Of a stretch of 64,000 nucleotides of DNA, positions 12,463 to 24,487 are shown piece by piece; the stretch's first letter is position 1, and every line of letters begins with the position of its first letter. The stretch covers positions 32,001-96,000 of the forward strand of contig CBDBCZ010000009.1 in NCBI GenBank assembly GCA_965203295.1. Reading direction: 5' to 3'. The DNA comes from Nitrospirales bacterium. GTDB lineage: Bacteria; Nitrospirota; Nitrospiria; Nitrospirales; UBA8639. Under the pieces are notes generated by a model. That model saw nothing but the letters and a program-made list of their open reading frames with translations, did not search any database and was not told where the DNA came from. The translations under genes and the position numbers were made by a program.

Positions 12463-13595
12463 AGGTTAGGCATAATTTTACATGAATAAAACAAGTAAAG
12501 CAAAATTAGGTATGTATGAAGCAGGGGTCACAGTGACATGAATTTATTTCAGTACGACCCTTGTGTGAAACTGAAGGTACTTTCAGTGTCTGTGTAGAAA
12601 TAGAGTGGAAGATATTAAATGCTTGGTGATTGCATTAGGGTCAACCACACAATAGATCCTTGCATAATATAGTCAAGTACCAATTTACCAGATATATTGT
12701 TCCATTTACACAACGATGTTTGAGGTCCACCATGGGCATATGAAGCTTGTCATTGTGGCTTTTCCCATCTGGTACCATGTGTATATCCGGCTTAGTCTCA
12801 TGCACAGATCCGGTCCCTTAATTGCAGGGTGGTCTGGCAATATAGTTATTAGAGTAGTTTTGGCTGAACCAATCACATTGCATATAGTTAGCAGTGACGG
12901 TCATTTCCTACCCTGGTACTCTTGTGGCATGCTGATTACTTTTGCTGAGCCTTATAGCACCTTCTCATTGCACACTTAGAATCATAAACTGCTGATACCT
13001 AACTTTGATTGTGAATACTGTGAAAAGTATAATATATGCTATCATCTGTGTGCTCATGCATGCTTAGAGCTATGCCAATCGCGTTGCCCCAATCATTTCA
13101 TTTTACATGTATATATACCTCAATCTATTGTGTAACAGCATACCGTCTGTACAGCCTGCCCACTCAAAGTCATGTGGGTAGGATGGCAAGTACACTGATT
13201 AGTTACACCAGGAAATTCCTATACAATAGCAGTGGCAACGGTAGGTACAGTGTAAACAGGCTTATACATGAACATGTCCTGAGAAGGTTGGTTGTGAAAA
13301 ATAACTACTATTAATGCAGTCCAGGAGTAGTTTAAGTACTAGCTGCGTACATCAGAGGGCTATATTCCCTCTGTTGTACAGTGCATGTGGTCTATCTGTA
13401 TACCACTGTTTTTTTTTCTCCTACTCCTATTTCATTAACTAACTCTTTTTTGGCCTCATCTGTTTTTATTACCTTCTTTGCTCATATGCATAGTATTATC
13501 TGTGTTGTATTCCCTACACGTACATTTCTAAAAAAGCAATCCAGATGCCAAGACTCGTGTGACACGATCATACTTGTACGAGCTAATTAACAATG

Positions 13596-13711
<116 letters not shown>

Positions 13712-14571
13712 ATTTTTTGAGTGCCAGGGTAATATCTGGGTTGTACCATGCCTATGAAAACGGGTGAAGGTCCAAAGGCGGCAGGCAAGTCTGCGACAAT
13801 CTGTCCGCAGGAAATATGACCCGTTATTTCCATCGAATACTGTTAGCTGATTGGCCAGTTTGAGCTAGGTATGGTACAAATAATATAATCTGCTCTTAGC
13901 TTACAGTCAGCTTGTCAGTCCCTGGTACGTTTGTATGTAGGGAATCACAAGATCCTAACAGACATACCAGATATTAGTGGTCAGTTTGGTACTAGACTAC
14001 TAATGTACAATGAGCACACTGTTATACTTCCACTGTCTGAAATAATTTTGATTACGTACATTTGGTTGTTATTTTTCAGTGAAATGTCGCAATTCCGTCC
14101 TCCTGAGCAATCTACAAATGTAATTGCATTCCACTATATGGGTGCAGTTATTTTCATACTCCAAATGAACAATACTTGTACTGGACTGATTGGTACTTTG
14201 TAACCTACACTGTACTCAATATCGTTAACTGTTATCTACTAGCAAACGTATTTACAAAACCATTCTGCATCTTGACTTTGTTGCTTGAATGCTTGACAAA
14301 CATGGCAATGTACAACTAAGAGATATAACAGCTACACTAATAAAAAACTAATTAATACTGGAGTGGAAAACACAAACTTTAGTAAAAAGAAACAAGGGAC
14401 TGTAAATAAATATATTTAGTCAAGGGCCAGCCCAACCCATGACAGGGAAAAAACTTTGGTGCAATGTAAGAAAAAAAAAGAGTCAGCTAAAAAATCCTCA
14501 CCATAGAAAAACCCAAAATAAATCATGGCATTAAACTACTGTATACTAAATTAGTTACAATTCTGAAATAA

Positions 14572-15654
14572 TTATTGCACAAAGATCTCAATCAGTTGGA
14601 TGGGAGTGTCCTCATCACGAATCTGCTGATCAGCACATATTCTCACTTCAATATCGTCAGTTGTAGGCTCAGTTAAACTTTTGCAAAAGTAGGGTGGATC
14701 ATTCAGCTCGCAGCAAGTGCTTCCTGACCCACAGCCCTCTCCATCCCAGAGTGGGTCACCATCAGGGTAAAATACACCAGTAGCGCCACCGGTAATACCA
14801 GTTTCACAGAAGTAGTCCTGCCCCACGAAAGAAGGAATTTGTTGTGGACTTTGAGTATTGGTACAAGGACAGACATTTTCAACACCAGCCGACGAAAGTT
14901 CTGTGAGTGATGCAGCAAATGTCCAGACATGTTCTTTCTCTGTTCCATGTGTGATAACCACTCCTTCCACATAAGGGTCCTCTATTCTGGAATAGTGTGA
15001 GAAGGTGTAGGGTCTAAATGCACTTGGAGATCCAAACTCGTAGCCTATGATTCTACCACAAATGCGGGAAAATGAAATGTTGTATGTGCTGAAAGAGACT
15101 GAGCTACAGCCACCACCATATCGTACACCTTGCAGAGTTTCATTAGTTCTTCCACACGTTCTCACTGGCTCTGTGTATTCCCTCCATGCTGGTGGACACT
15201 GGTGGGTAGGGTCAGTCATGTTGAGGTAGGCCACACGAGACCATCCTCCAACACTAGCACTGCTACAACTACACTCCCTGGTCATGTCGCAATAGACCCG
15301 AACAGCTGTTCCATTAGAGCTGGTGATCCAGTAGTGCTCTGACGGGAGTTGAGGGTCGCACTGTGACACTTCAAGACAGGATGATGCGGGATTCTCCTGG
15401 ACTTGACCTGGACAGTGTACATCACTACGAACAATGTTCAAAATTTCTTCAGCAATTTCAGCTCTAGATCTGGCCATCTCCAGTTGCTCCTCAGGAGGAC
15501 AGACCTGCCCCCCTCCCTCCAGTACTGTAGCAGAGTAACTCACTGGTAGTGAGCTGTTGTCATGCTGGCTAGTCACACCTTCCTGGCATGAAGTGAGCTG
15601 AAGTTTAGCAGCTAGAACAAGTGCAAGAACTGAGTACAAAACTTTACTGCTCAT
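14572..15654 (-). CDS. Secreted Cys-rich protein with fibrinogen/intelectin-like N-terminal motif, copy A (intact, intronless)
   Basis: Signal peptide MSSKVLYSVLALVLAAKLQLTSC; PASSC..PSEHYWI..VYCDM..GGWSRV motif; ends IEIFVQ*; TATA box at 15714-15720. ATG chosen by homology with the other copies. Confidence 0.9.
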   Translation of the reverse strand: MSSKVLYSVLALVLAAKLQLTSCQEGVTSQHDNSSLPVSYSATVLEGGGQVCPPEEQLEMARSRAEIAEEILNIVRSDVHCPGQVQENPASSCLEVSQCDPQLPSEHYWITSSNGTAVRVYCDMTRECSCSSASVGGWSRVAYLNMTDPTHQCPPAWREYTEPVRTCGRTNETLQGVRYGGGCSSVSFSTYNISFSRICGRIIGYEFGSPSAFRPYTFSHYSRIEDPYVEGVVITHGTEKEHVWTFAASLTELSSAGVENVCPCTNTQSPQQIPSFVGQDYFCETGITGGATGVFYPDGDPLWDGEGCGSGSTCCELNDPPYFCKSLTEPTTDDIEVRICADQQIRDEDTPIQLIEIFVQ

Positions 15655-15936
15655 TGTAGCTGAACTACGTGTCCAAAAGCATGAAACTGTAATCATTGTG
15701 ACTGGGATATACCTTATATAATCTTGGAATGGGATATATAGTACAAAATTAAGTCACAGTCTGATATAGAGAGATGTTCAAATTAATAGCCTGGAACCTG
15801 GCTATATGTAAACAGCTAGATTACATTTCCTGTACGTGCACTAGCTGCCAGTGTTCGAGATCGTACAGATTAGTTGTGACTACTCTATGAGCTACATTGT
15901 AACTGTAGTAGGGATTACTATGGTAGCCTGCTACCT

Positions 15937-16009
15937 GACAGAGTGCGGTTGCCAACTGATGAGTCCCACCGCAATAGAAATAAGGGACGAAAGGTACCTC
16001 TTGGCTGTC
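15937..16009 (+). ncRNA. Type I hammerhead ribozyme with pseudoknot
   Basis: Stem I GCCAA/TTGGC plus GACA/TGTC; core CTGATGA (15956-15962); stem II GTCCC/GGGAC; GAAA; palindromic stem III AGGTACCT; C17 at 16000. Stem I bulge TGCGGT is complementary to loop II ACCGCA. Confidence 0.85.
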
Positions 16010-16346
16010 TGATCCGTTGGTGGTAATGTGAGAACCTGTTCCGAATTAGCCAATTACTTGCTGTACCTTGTACATTATATGGTATCGGCTCTAGATCTGC
16101 ACCTACAAGCACAGACTACACTTGTAGGAGTACATGCAAATATAGTATTATGCAAGTACGAAATTAGGGAACTTAGTGATGTCGTTATGATGTTGTATCT
16201 TTCCCTAATTTCCCAGTTGATCGGGAACTTTCATGGCAAGATGGCAGGAAACTTCCATGATGGAGAATGCAGCCATCAGGATTACCAGAGGGTAGGGCAG
16301 ACATGCTCACACACATGCACAGTAATGTGTGTACAGACATACACAG

Positions 16347-16408
<62 letters not shown>

Positions 16409-16451
16409 CACAACACTCACACACAGCATACACTACAACTGGTGATGGTTA

Positions 16452-16688
16452 AATAATGATTTCCAAGAACTGTAATTTAACATTGCATAGCTTGAAACAA
16501 ATTGGTGGGTATCTGGTGACTGATATATAATGATTTCCAAGAACCTTTTAATTGCTGGAAACAAATTGGTGGGCATCTGGTGGATGTTAAGTAATGGTTT
16601 CCAAGAAATGCAAATTGCTTAGCTTGAAACAAATTGGTGGGTGTCTGGTGACTGCTATGTAATGATTTCCAAGAACTATTAATTGCTA
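16452..16688. repeat. Minisatellite, unit 64-74 bp, about 3.5 copies
   Basis: 'taatg(a/g)tttccaagaa' and 'gaaacaaattggtggg..tctggtg' recur; TTCCAAGAA at 16461, 16535, 16599 and 16667. Confidence 0.85.
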
Positions 16689-16969
16689 GAATCTTCCTTC
16701 TACTCTACTCTCTATGCCCTTAGCAACTAGTGCCCAGGAAAACAGAGAGAGGCCAGACTACACTGTACTGAAAACAAACTCCAGACCATAGGGGTAGCCA
16801 GGCATGAGTGAAAGAAAGCAGCAGATACCACAGGGCAGAGGGAGATCATGCAGGCTCATTGTCCCATTGTTCAAGTTTCATACACACTTGGTTACCTTGC
16901 ATGGCTACATCATATTTCCATTGATAATGCACACACACACTCGCCCCACAATCCTGCATTAACCTAGTA

Positions 16970-17071
16970 CAATGAAACCCCTCTTAAAGGACATCCCTGA
17001 AATAAGGACACCTCTCTATACAGGACACTTCACAAGGTCCCCAAGGTGTCCACATTAGAGTGGTTCCAATG
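16970..17071. mobile_element. Small TA-flanked Tc1/pogo-type MITE (second copy 17915-18020, inside a ~970-bp-period tandem duplication)
   Basis: TA|CAATGAAACCCCTCT ... AGAGTGGTTCCAATG|TA with internal GGACA repeats; 16717-17200 is duplicated at about 17695-18150. Confidence 0.7.
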
Positions 17072-18476
17072 TATATAACTGCCTGAGTGCATGATTACTT
17101 CACTGTATTGTAAACCAGCATACAGCCAGCCCACTCAAAGCCATGTGGGTAGATGGGCAATGGCCTGATTAGCTATGTACAACAGGAAATTTTTATACAG
17201 TAGTCACGGCAACTACATGGTGCAATGTAAACAGAAGTTAGACTCATACTTGTCCAGAGGAGGTAGGATATGGTTTTCACCAGTAGGTTCATATTGGTGT
17301 AGAATTACCAATCTCAACATGTTCCCCAAAGATAAAGTTCATTGGACAGCTGATTAGCAACAGTTTTTTGCATCAGGACTATCCACCAATAATGGTGCAG
17401 GGGATATTGTATTGGTATGCATTTATAACCCCCAATTGTTTTGTATAATGTACCCTGTTGTTACCATGGTTATTGTGTAGGAATTTGCTGTTGTTGCTAT
17501 CCCATCCTCAGTGCCCACTCACCCCTCAATGCCCTCCATTCACCCCATACTCAGCTACATGTGTGAAGGGAGTGGATCAAAAATGCAGAAAGCACACGCT
17601 ATTAATTTACTCATTGCTAATGTTCTTTCCGCATTCCTGATTACTCCCTCCGGACACACACACAAAATGATGGCACCATGACCGTACACATGGTTCCTAG
17701 CCAGGAAAGCAGAGAGAGGCCTACTGAAAACAAACTCCAGACCATAAGGGTAGCCAGGCATAAGAAGCACCAGATACCACAGTGCAGAGGGAGATCATGC
17801 AGACCCATTGTCCCATTGTTCAAGCTTCATACACACTTGGTTACATTGGCTACATCATATTTCCATTGATAACGCACACACACACTCGCCCCACAATCCT
17901 GCATTAACCTAGTACAATGAAACCCCTCTTAAAGGACCTCCCTGAAATAAGGACACCTCTCGATCTATACAGGACACTTCACAAGGTCCCCAAGTTGTCC
18001 ACATTAGAAGGGTTCCACTGAATACAACTTCCCGAGAGCATGATTACTTCACTCTGTTGCAAACCAGCATACTACCCTGCACAGCCTGCCCACTCAAAGC
18101 TATATTATATTGTGGGTAGAATGGCAATGGCCTGATTAGCTACAATAGAAATTTTTTACAAGTAGTTGTGCTCGCTTCGCTTGCTCTGTACAGATAGAAA
18201 TGAAAAGTGTCACCTCCCTAACGTCTATGGAACTTGTATGGAGCATTTTGCATCTGCCAATGGCAAGCAATAGTACTGCTGACTGAGGCACATAGAGGTA
18301 GCTCCACATTCAGGCCTCAACTTTGCATTGACAATTGACTCCGTCATAGTGGTTAGAAAGTGCACACCATGATTTTGCCCTAGGAACCATGTCCTACCTC
18401 CTCTGGATGTATGGTATTGGTATGCACCTATGACTTTCAACTGTTCTGTATAATGAAACTCGTTATAATTTCTTAA

Positions 18477-19382
18477 GGTAGGAAAAGCCTCACCTTCGAA
18501 TCTGCGTGATTCTCCTCGTGAATAATTAATAAGATGACGTCACTTACGTTGTGCTGATTAGATTCATTGATATGTTTGCATTTTCCCATGGTGGCAACCG
18601 GAATCAACAGGAGGGGTATGTCACTTTGATGTGGATAGTGGCTCTTTCATTTGCGATATCGGCACTTTGATGTGGTTGAGCGGTACTCTGATGTTGGCTT
18701 TCAACACTCTTTTTATTTTTTTATTTTTTTTTAAAAAGAAGATATGACATCATAGAATTGTGAGTAGGCCTTTTATGGCAGAATAGCTAGCTAGTGTGTT
18801 GTAGAAAGTTTGTTAGGCTGCCCGAGTGGCTAGAAGTCAGCCAGACAGACGGATAGTGGCAGGTTGTTGCCCATCTCAGGTAGGCTAGAACAGTGACCTT
18901 TCGGGTCTGTGGGTCCCGCCCTTTTTCTAAATTGACTGTATTTGGCTAGCTGTGTGAAAATCTGTGGAGATTTATAGAGAGAGCTTTGGTGGGTGGTTCT
19001 CAGAAACCGAGGGGTGAATGAAAAATCCCATACCTAAATTTCTTGTGAGTAGATTGAAGTTTGTAAAGCGGGGCTCGAATTTGTCGGGTGAAAGTAGGCG
19101 GTGGCAAATTTTTTTTGGAAAGTCAGGTGGCGAAAATGAGGGTTTTGGGGTGGTTGGATGCGTTCAGGGCTGTAAAACTGGCTTTGCAGCATTCCTGTGA
19201 AAAAGCATTCCTATGTTTGTAGCCTGTCCTCTGTAGGTACTGGTGGTGATGCCAGACTGTGGGTGGGGCTCTAGCAGGAGGTGCGGTTAGATGCAAAATT
19301 TCTGTCAATTCGAGGTAGACTTTCATGTTATCAACAAAGCCGTCCATTTGAATCATGGATTCCAGGTGAGGCTCTTCCTACC
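18477..19382. mobile_element. Non-autonomous Kolobok-like DNA transposon, 906 bp, TTAA TSD
   Basis: TTAA|GGTAGGAAAAGCCTCACCT ... AGGTGAGGCTCTTCCTACC|TTAA; RR...YY ends plus a TTAA target match Kolobok hallmarks. Confidence 0.8.
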
Positions 19383-20110
19383 TTAAGTGTGAAAGTTTGG
19401 GAGCTATTCTCTCCCCATTCCATCCCATCTCATTCCATTCAACTAAAATTCTTCACAAAGCCATGGCAACAACTGGCTAATGATGATACAGTCCAGTAGT
19501 AGTTTAATTGCATGGCAATTAGCTATCTAGCTTCCATGCTCCAAATTCAACAGCTATAGTTGAACCAATGAGGCTACATTAATTAGGCATCATTACGGTT
19601 TTCCAGTTCTTGTGCACTCCTTGTTTGCCATAGCTGTACATCCTGTGGCTGCTTATGAGGAAACAAAAAATTCTTCACAAAAGCCATGGCAACAACTGGT
19701 TACCTGGTTACAGGTGCAAAGTACATGTGTGTTCAGAGGGTACAGGAGTATATAAGAATTAAATTACCTCATCAGAAAGACCATCTTGATGTAGAATTGC
19801 CAATCTCAACCTAAAGTCCATAAGAGTAACTCGTCGGAGAGCAGGTGCAGTTAATGTGCATCACAAGATTAGAGGACACAATCCATATAGGGGATAGTAT
19901 CTCACCAACTGGTCCACACTGAAATGACCTGCAGTTTATCACACCATCATTGGAGGAAAGTCCAGAATGTTGTTCATTGTACGTACCTCTCCATTGAGTT
20001 CTCTCTTGGGCTCAGAATTAGATGTTGCAGTCTCTGTGGACCTGCTGGTGATCTACTCCACAAAGCCGTGTCCAACCTCCTCTGGACACTAGTAGAACCT
20101 ACATGTAGTA

Positions 20111-20845
20111 CCGTATAGCCGGAAAATTTGGCGAAATCGCCAAAAACGGCTAAAATTAAATATTGGCGAAATTTAAATCTGGCGATTGTGTACGGCGAAG
20201 GCTATGACGTAATCCTAGGCGCACAACGTGCATTGCTGCGCTGCTGAACATGTAAAGTTCTTTGTCACTGAGGTTGAGAATGGAGACGTTTGAAGTAGAA
20301 AGCTGTGTTCGAGGCCATCATTTTTTTAAAGAGCTAAACTGCGTTCGTCAGCGAGGACCCGTATGCTGTGGCTGTGATGCGTATAAGCGCTGTTGTAGGC
20401 CTTTATACTATCTAGAAACTTTGAGAAGTGTGTAGCGGCCTTTGTCGCTCTGTTGTCGGCGGCATACTTTCGTACCCTTTCTTCTGGCGTGTAAGCATTA
20501 TACTTGCCTCGATGTGACTGTGACAGGCTTCGAGTCTCCAGATAGAGAGTGCTTCACAGCTTTGTTCGCAAGTTTGATATCCTTCCCGGACAGAAAGGAA
20601 TCTGCACACGCATGTGTAGTGTGAAGAACAACTCCTTCTTTTTGAAGTACTTGTACAACGCCATGAATCACTCTTTACGCGTGTATAGCTAGCAGCTAGC
20701 TGTAGAGATACATGTATGCGCACGTGGGTGTTACGTATTACATAATGCGTGAGAATTTACTTTGGCGAGAATTTAATTTGGCAATTTTTTACGATTCGCC
20801 AAACCGCCAAATTAAAGTCCTCGCCAAATTTTTCCGGCTATACGG
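20111..20845. mobile_element. Internally deleted TA-TSD (pogo-like) DNA transposon with convergent HIRAN-like and transposase N-terminal remnants
   Basis: TA|CCGTATAGCCGGAAAATTTGGCGA ... TCGCCAAATTTTTCCGGCTATACGG|TA. Plus strand METFEVESCVRGHH..EDPYAVAV..VVG from 20280; minus strand MALYKYFKK..RGKYNAYTPEERVR from 20664. Confidence 0.8.
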
Positions 20846-22162
20846 TATACTGTTTACATTGTACCCGGCTGTTGCCATGGCTACTGTATAATAATTTTCT
20901 GTTGCAGCTGATTAGGTAAGCTGTGCAGGTGGTATCCTTGTTCACAATACAGTGAAGTAATCATGCACTCAGGTGGTTGTGTATGAGGTGAATAGAGGGC
21001 ATTGTGGGGTGAGTGGGCATGTGTATGCAACCGAGATTTGATCTAGCCAATGTGGTCCATGTGCGGGATATGAGCCCATGTAACATTTAGCCAATCATCA
21101 TAGAGTACGGTAGTAGGCTCGTTCCCAGGCCTGTGAATTTTTTCAGTCACACAAAAATTGTCACAGGGCCTGGGATCTAGAGTCAGTTGCATGAGGCCAA
21201 GAGTAGAAGGGTAGTTTACATTTCCACAGTAACAAATTTTGTAATTAACAATTGTTAATTACAAAATTTGTAGCTGGGGAGTGTAAACTCCGCACTAGAA
21301 ACAGCTCATTGCTCAGTCACCACCAAGCAGTCAAAACAGGCTATTGCAATGAGCTGAACTAGCTACGATGTCATGATCTCCTCACACTGTAAAAATAAAT
21401 GGATTGCTTTAACCCAGCTAAGGCTACGTATCTCACTTGCAGGTTTATCCATGTGTACATGTAATTGTCTACAAGTACACATCATTTGTGTGCTAATAAT
21501 AACGAGAAACATGTGTTCTTGACGCATACACATTTGTAGCAACAGCAGGTTGCAAGGTAAACTACAGAATGGGCTGGGGAGATGGAGGAGTAATTCCACC
21601 AAATCCCTAGTTCATATGCATACTCCCAGTCTGATGGTCCACACTAATTGCATTCCTACTAAAATTAAACCTCTTCCTATTGCTACAGTAATACCGTCTA
21701 GTTCGTGAAGCAATAGCTAATGCACAATTTAAAAGCACTTTGCCAAAAAGTACAAAAACAAGTCGTGTAGGGATGCACTTCCACCAATGAAACAAGCGAC
21801 AATGCACACCGCAATGCATGTGCAGACTACCCACACATCATAGCGCAATGCATTTACCACGTAGCTACCATCCCTACATCTTTCCAACCACACCCACCAC
21901 AATCGTGTGTATGTGAGATGTGAATAGCGGTAGTGTAATTTGGTGTGTGTGTATTGCTAATGACTGGGTATGTTGGTGGTTGTGAAAGGTAGCTGAAAGT
22001 GTTGATTGTGTACATGTTGGACTAGTGAGTCATTGATGGTGGAGTTATATAGTGTTTGCATAGGGACTTTGGTAGTGTTTGGTTTTACGTGGTTGAGTGG
22101 TTTGAAGTTTTGTGAGTGTGTTGTGAGATGCTTGTATGTGCAGTTTTTTTGTAGGGAAGTCT

Positions 22163-22247
22163 TAGCCTCGTTCCCAGGCTCTCTGCCCAGCTTTTTTTCG
22201 CACTATGTGCGAAAAAAAGCTGGGCAGAAAGCCTGGGAACGAGGCTA
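22163..22247. mobile_element. 85-bp hairpin MITE with 9-bp TSD
   Basis: TAGCCTCGTTCCCAGGC ... GCCTGGGAACGAGGCTA; TSD GGGAAGTCT at 22154-22162 and 22248-22256. Related or decayed copies at about 21113, 35167, 42186, 53935 and 56393. Confidence 0.9.
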
Positions 22248-22930
22248 GGGAAGTCTATGTGGGTGTGTTTGGTAAGTGTAGATTGAGTGTTGTCAACTTT
22301 GTTGAGTGTGTTGTATTGGGCTGCATTTATAATTTAATTGATTAAACATTGTTATAGTTGTTATAGTAAAAAAGTGTGCGATTACAGAAAGTGTGCAATT
22401 ATGGTAATAATCGCACACTTGTCTATAGGGGTAAATTTACTGTTACTAATATACCATGTGATTAAACATCGTAGTAGTTCCAGATACTGTACTACCGTGG
22501 CTACTACATATAATACGAATAGTAATTCCAGAACCACCAGACCCAACCCCCTCACAACAGTAGCCACCCCTCTCAAATGCTATGGAATTGTTACCCACCC
22601 AAGGATACCTATGACCAAATGTATTTACAAAAGCGCTTCCGCATCTTGACTTTAGAACTTTGTTGTTAAAAAAATCTGATAATGACAGACAAGAGAAACA
22701 GCTACACCAACAAATGGGTTAACACTAGAGTAGTAACTATCACAGACTGCAGTATAAACAAAGGGACCGTAAAAAAAAATATTGAGCCAAGGGCCAGCCC
22801 AACCCATGACAGGGAAAAAACTATGGTGCAATGTGAGGAAAAAAACTGAGACAGTTGAAAACCCTCACCATAGAAAAACCCAAAATAAAACATTACAACA
22901 AACTATTGTATGCTATCAACACTCAAATAA

Positions 22931-23208
22931 TTATTGCACAAAGATCTCAATCAGTTCAATGGGGGTGTCCTCATTACTGAACATCTCCTCGCCACATATT
23001 CTCACTTCAATATCGTCAGTTGTAGGCTCAGCTACGCTTTTACAAAAGAATGGTGGACCATTCAGCTCGCAGCAAGTGCTTCCTGACCCACAGTCCTCTC
23101 CATCCCAGAGTGGGTCATCAGGGTAAAATAGACCATTAGTATGATCACCAGTAATACCAGTCTCACAGAAGTAGTCCTGCCCCACGAAAGAAGGAATGGA
23201 TTGTGTAC
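22931..23208 (-). pseudogene. Secreted-family fragment B (C-terminal ~92 codons plus 3' flank only)
   Basis: TQSIPSFVGQDYFCETG...EDTPIELIEIFVQ*; homology stops abruptly at about 23208. A further tiny remnant lies at about 23407-23462. Confidence 0.85.
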
Positions 23209-23980
23209 GGACTGCACTGACAAATCAGGTTAACACTTTACATTATAAACTGTACTATAAAACCAAGGGTCTGGCTAGGGCCAGCCAAACCCAAGACTGG
23301 GGTGAAAACTTACATGTGGTACAACGTGAGGAAAAAAAAGCTGAAAAAACCTCACTATAACAAAGTAAAAGATTACAACACACAGCTGTAATTTGCAATA
23401 CTCAAATTGCACAAATTAAAGATCTCAATCTGTCCCATAGGAATGTCCTCAATAGGATGGTCCTGTAGCCAAGAAGGATACAATAATTAGGCAGTTAAGC
23501 TCCTTCCTGTTAGTGTGCTACTGTTGCTTTCACACAGTATGAATACAGTTATGCATTCCTTCCATACCTACATACCCTGTGGTTGTTTATACAGGTAAAG
23601 TACCCAGACACCTACATATGTACATGCCAGTGTACTAACAGTGTCTGGGACTGACATTTGGCTGTGTAAGTGGATAATTATCACAGGACACATTGATACT
23701 GTGCTCATTATGCAAAACAAGAGTAGCTAACAGTTACACCAACAAAAGCAGGTTAGCACTGAAGTAGTAAAAACACAGAAACTATAGCAGACAGCAGTAT
23801 AACACCACGGACGCAAATGAAAATATTGAGCCATGGACCAGCCCAACCCATGACAGGGAAAAAACAAAATCGAGGAAAAAAAAACTGAATCGGATAAAAA
23901 ATCCTCACCATAGAAAAACCCAAAATAAAAGATTATAACACACTACTGTAGCTACATATAATTTGCATCACTCAAATTAA

Positions 23981-24487
23981 TTAGTGCACAAAGATCTCAA
24001 TGAGTTCAAAAGGAGTGTCCTCATTAGAAAAGTCCTGTTCAGCACATACGTATTCTCACTTTAATATTGTCAGTTGTAGGCTCAATTAGACTTTTACAGA
24101 AGAATGGCGGATCATTCAGCTCGCAGCAAGTACTTCCTGACCCACATCCCTCTCCATCCCAGAGTGGGTTATCAAGATGAAATCCAGGAGCAAATTCACC
24201 AATAATATAACACCAGTCTCACAGAAGTAGTTCTGCCCAACAAAAGAAGGAATGGATTGTGTACTTAGCATATTGGCGCAAGGACAGACAGACAGAAGTT
24301 CGCTGGTTCGCTCTGTCAGTAAAGCAGCAAATGTCCAAATATGCTTTTTCTCTATTCCACGCGTGATAACTACTTCATCCACATAGGGGTCCTCAATTCT
24401 AGTGAACGATGATAGGGAGTAGCCAGCAAACGCAATTGTAGATACAAACTGGTAGCCTATAATTCTGCCACAAATGAGATATTGTAA
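23981..24487 (-). pseudogene. Secreted-family pseudogene C (3' half, frameshifted)
   Basis: ICGRIIGYQFVSTIAFAGYSLSSFTRIEDPYVDEVVIT..; 4-bp insertion at about 24048 and other indels; no 5' half. Confidence 0.85.

Noticed and set aside
13712..13860. GC-richer, possibly structured segment after (GT)n, as a second ribozyme-bearing 5' end
   Set aside because: Some short stems, but no HDV or hammerhead topology could be built.
15655..15696. N-terminal extensions in the ORF track for copies A, D, E, F and H
   Set aside because: They lie between the TATA/CCCAGTCAC element and the conserved ATG, are not conserved and partly use non-ATG starts; treated as 5'UTR.
16452..16688. Repeat-spacer-like pattern resembling a CRISPR array
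   Set aside because: The spacers are similar to each other, there are no cas genes and the context is eukaryotic; it is a minisatellite.
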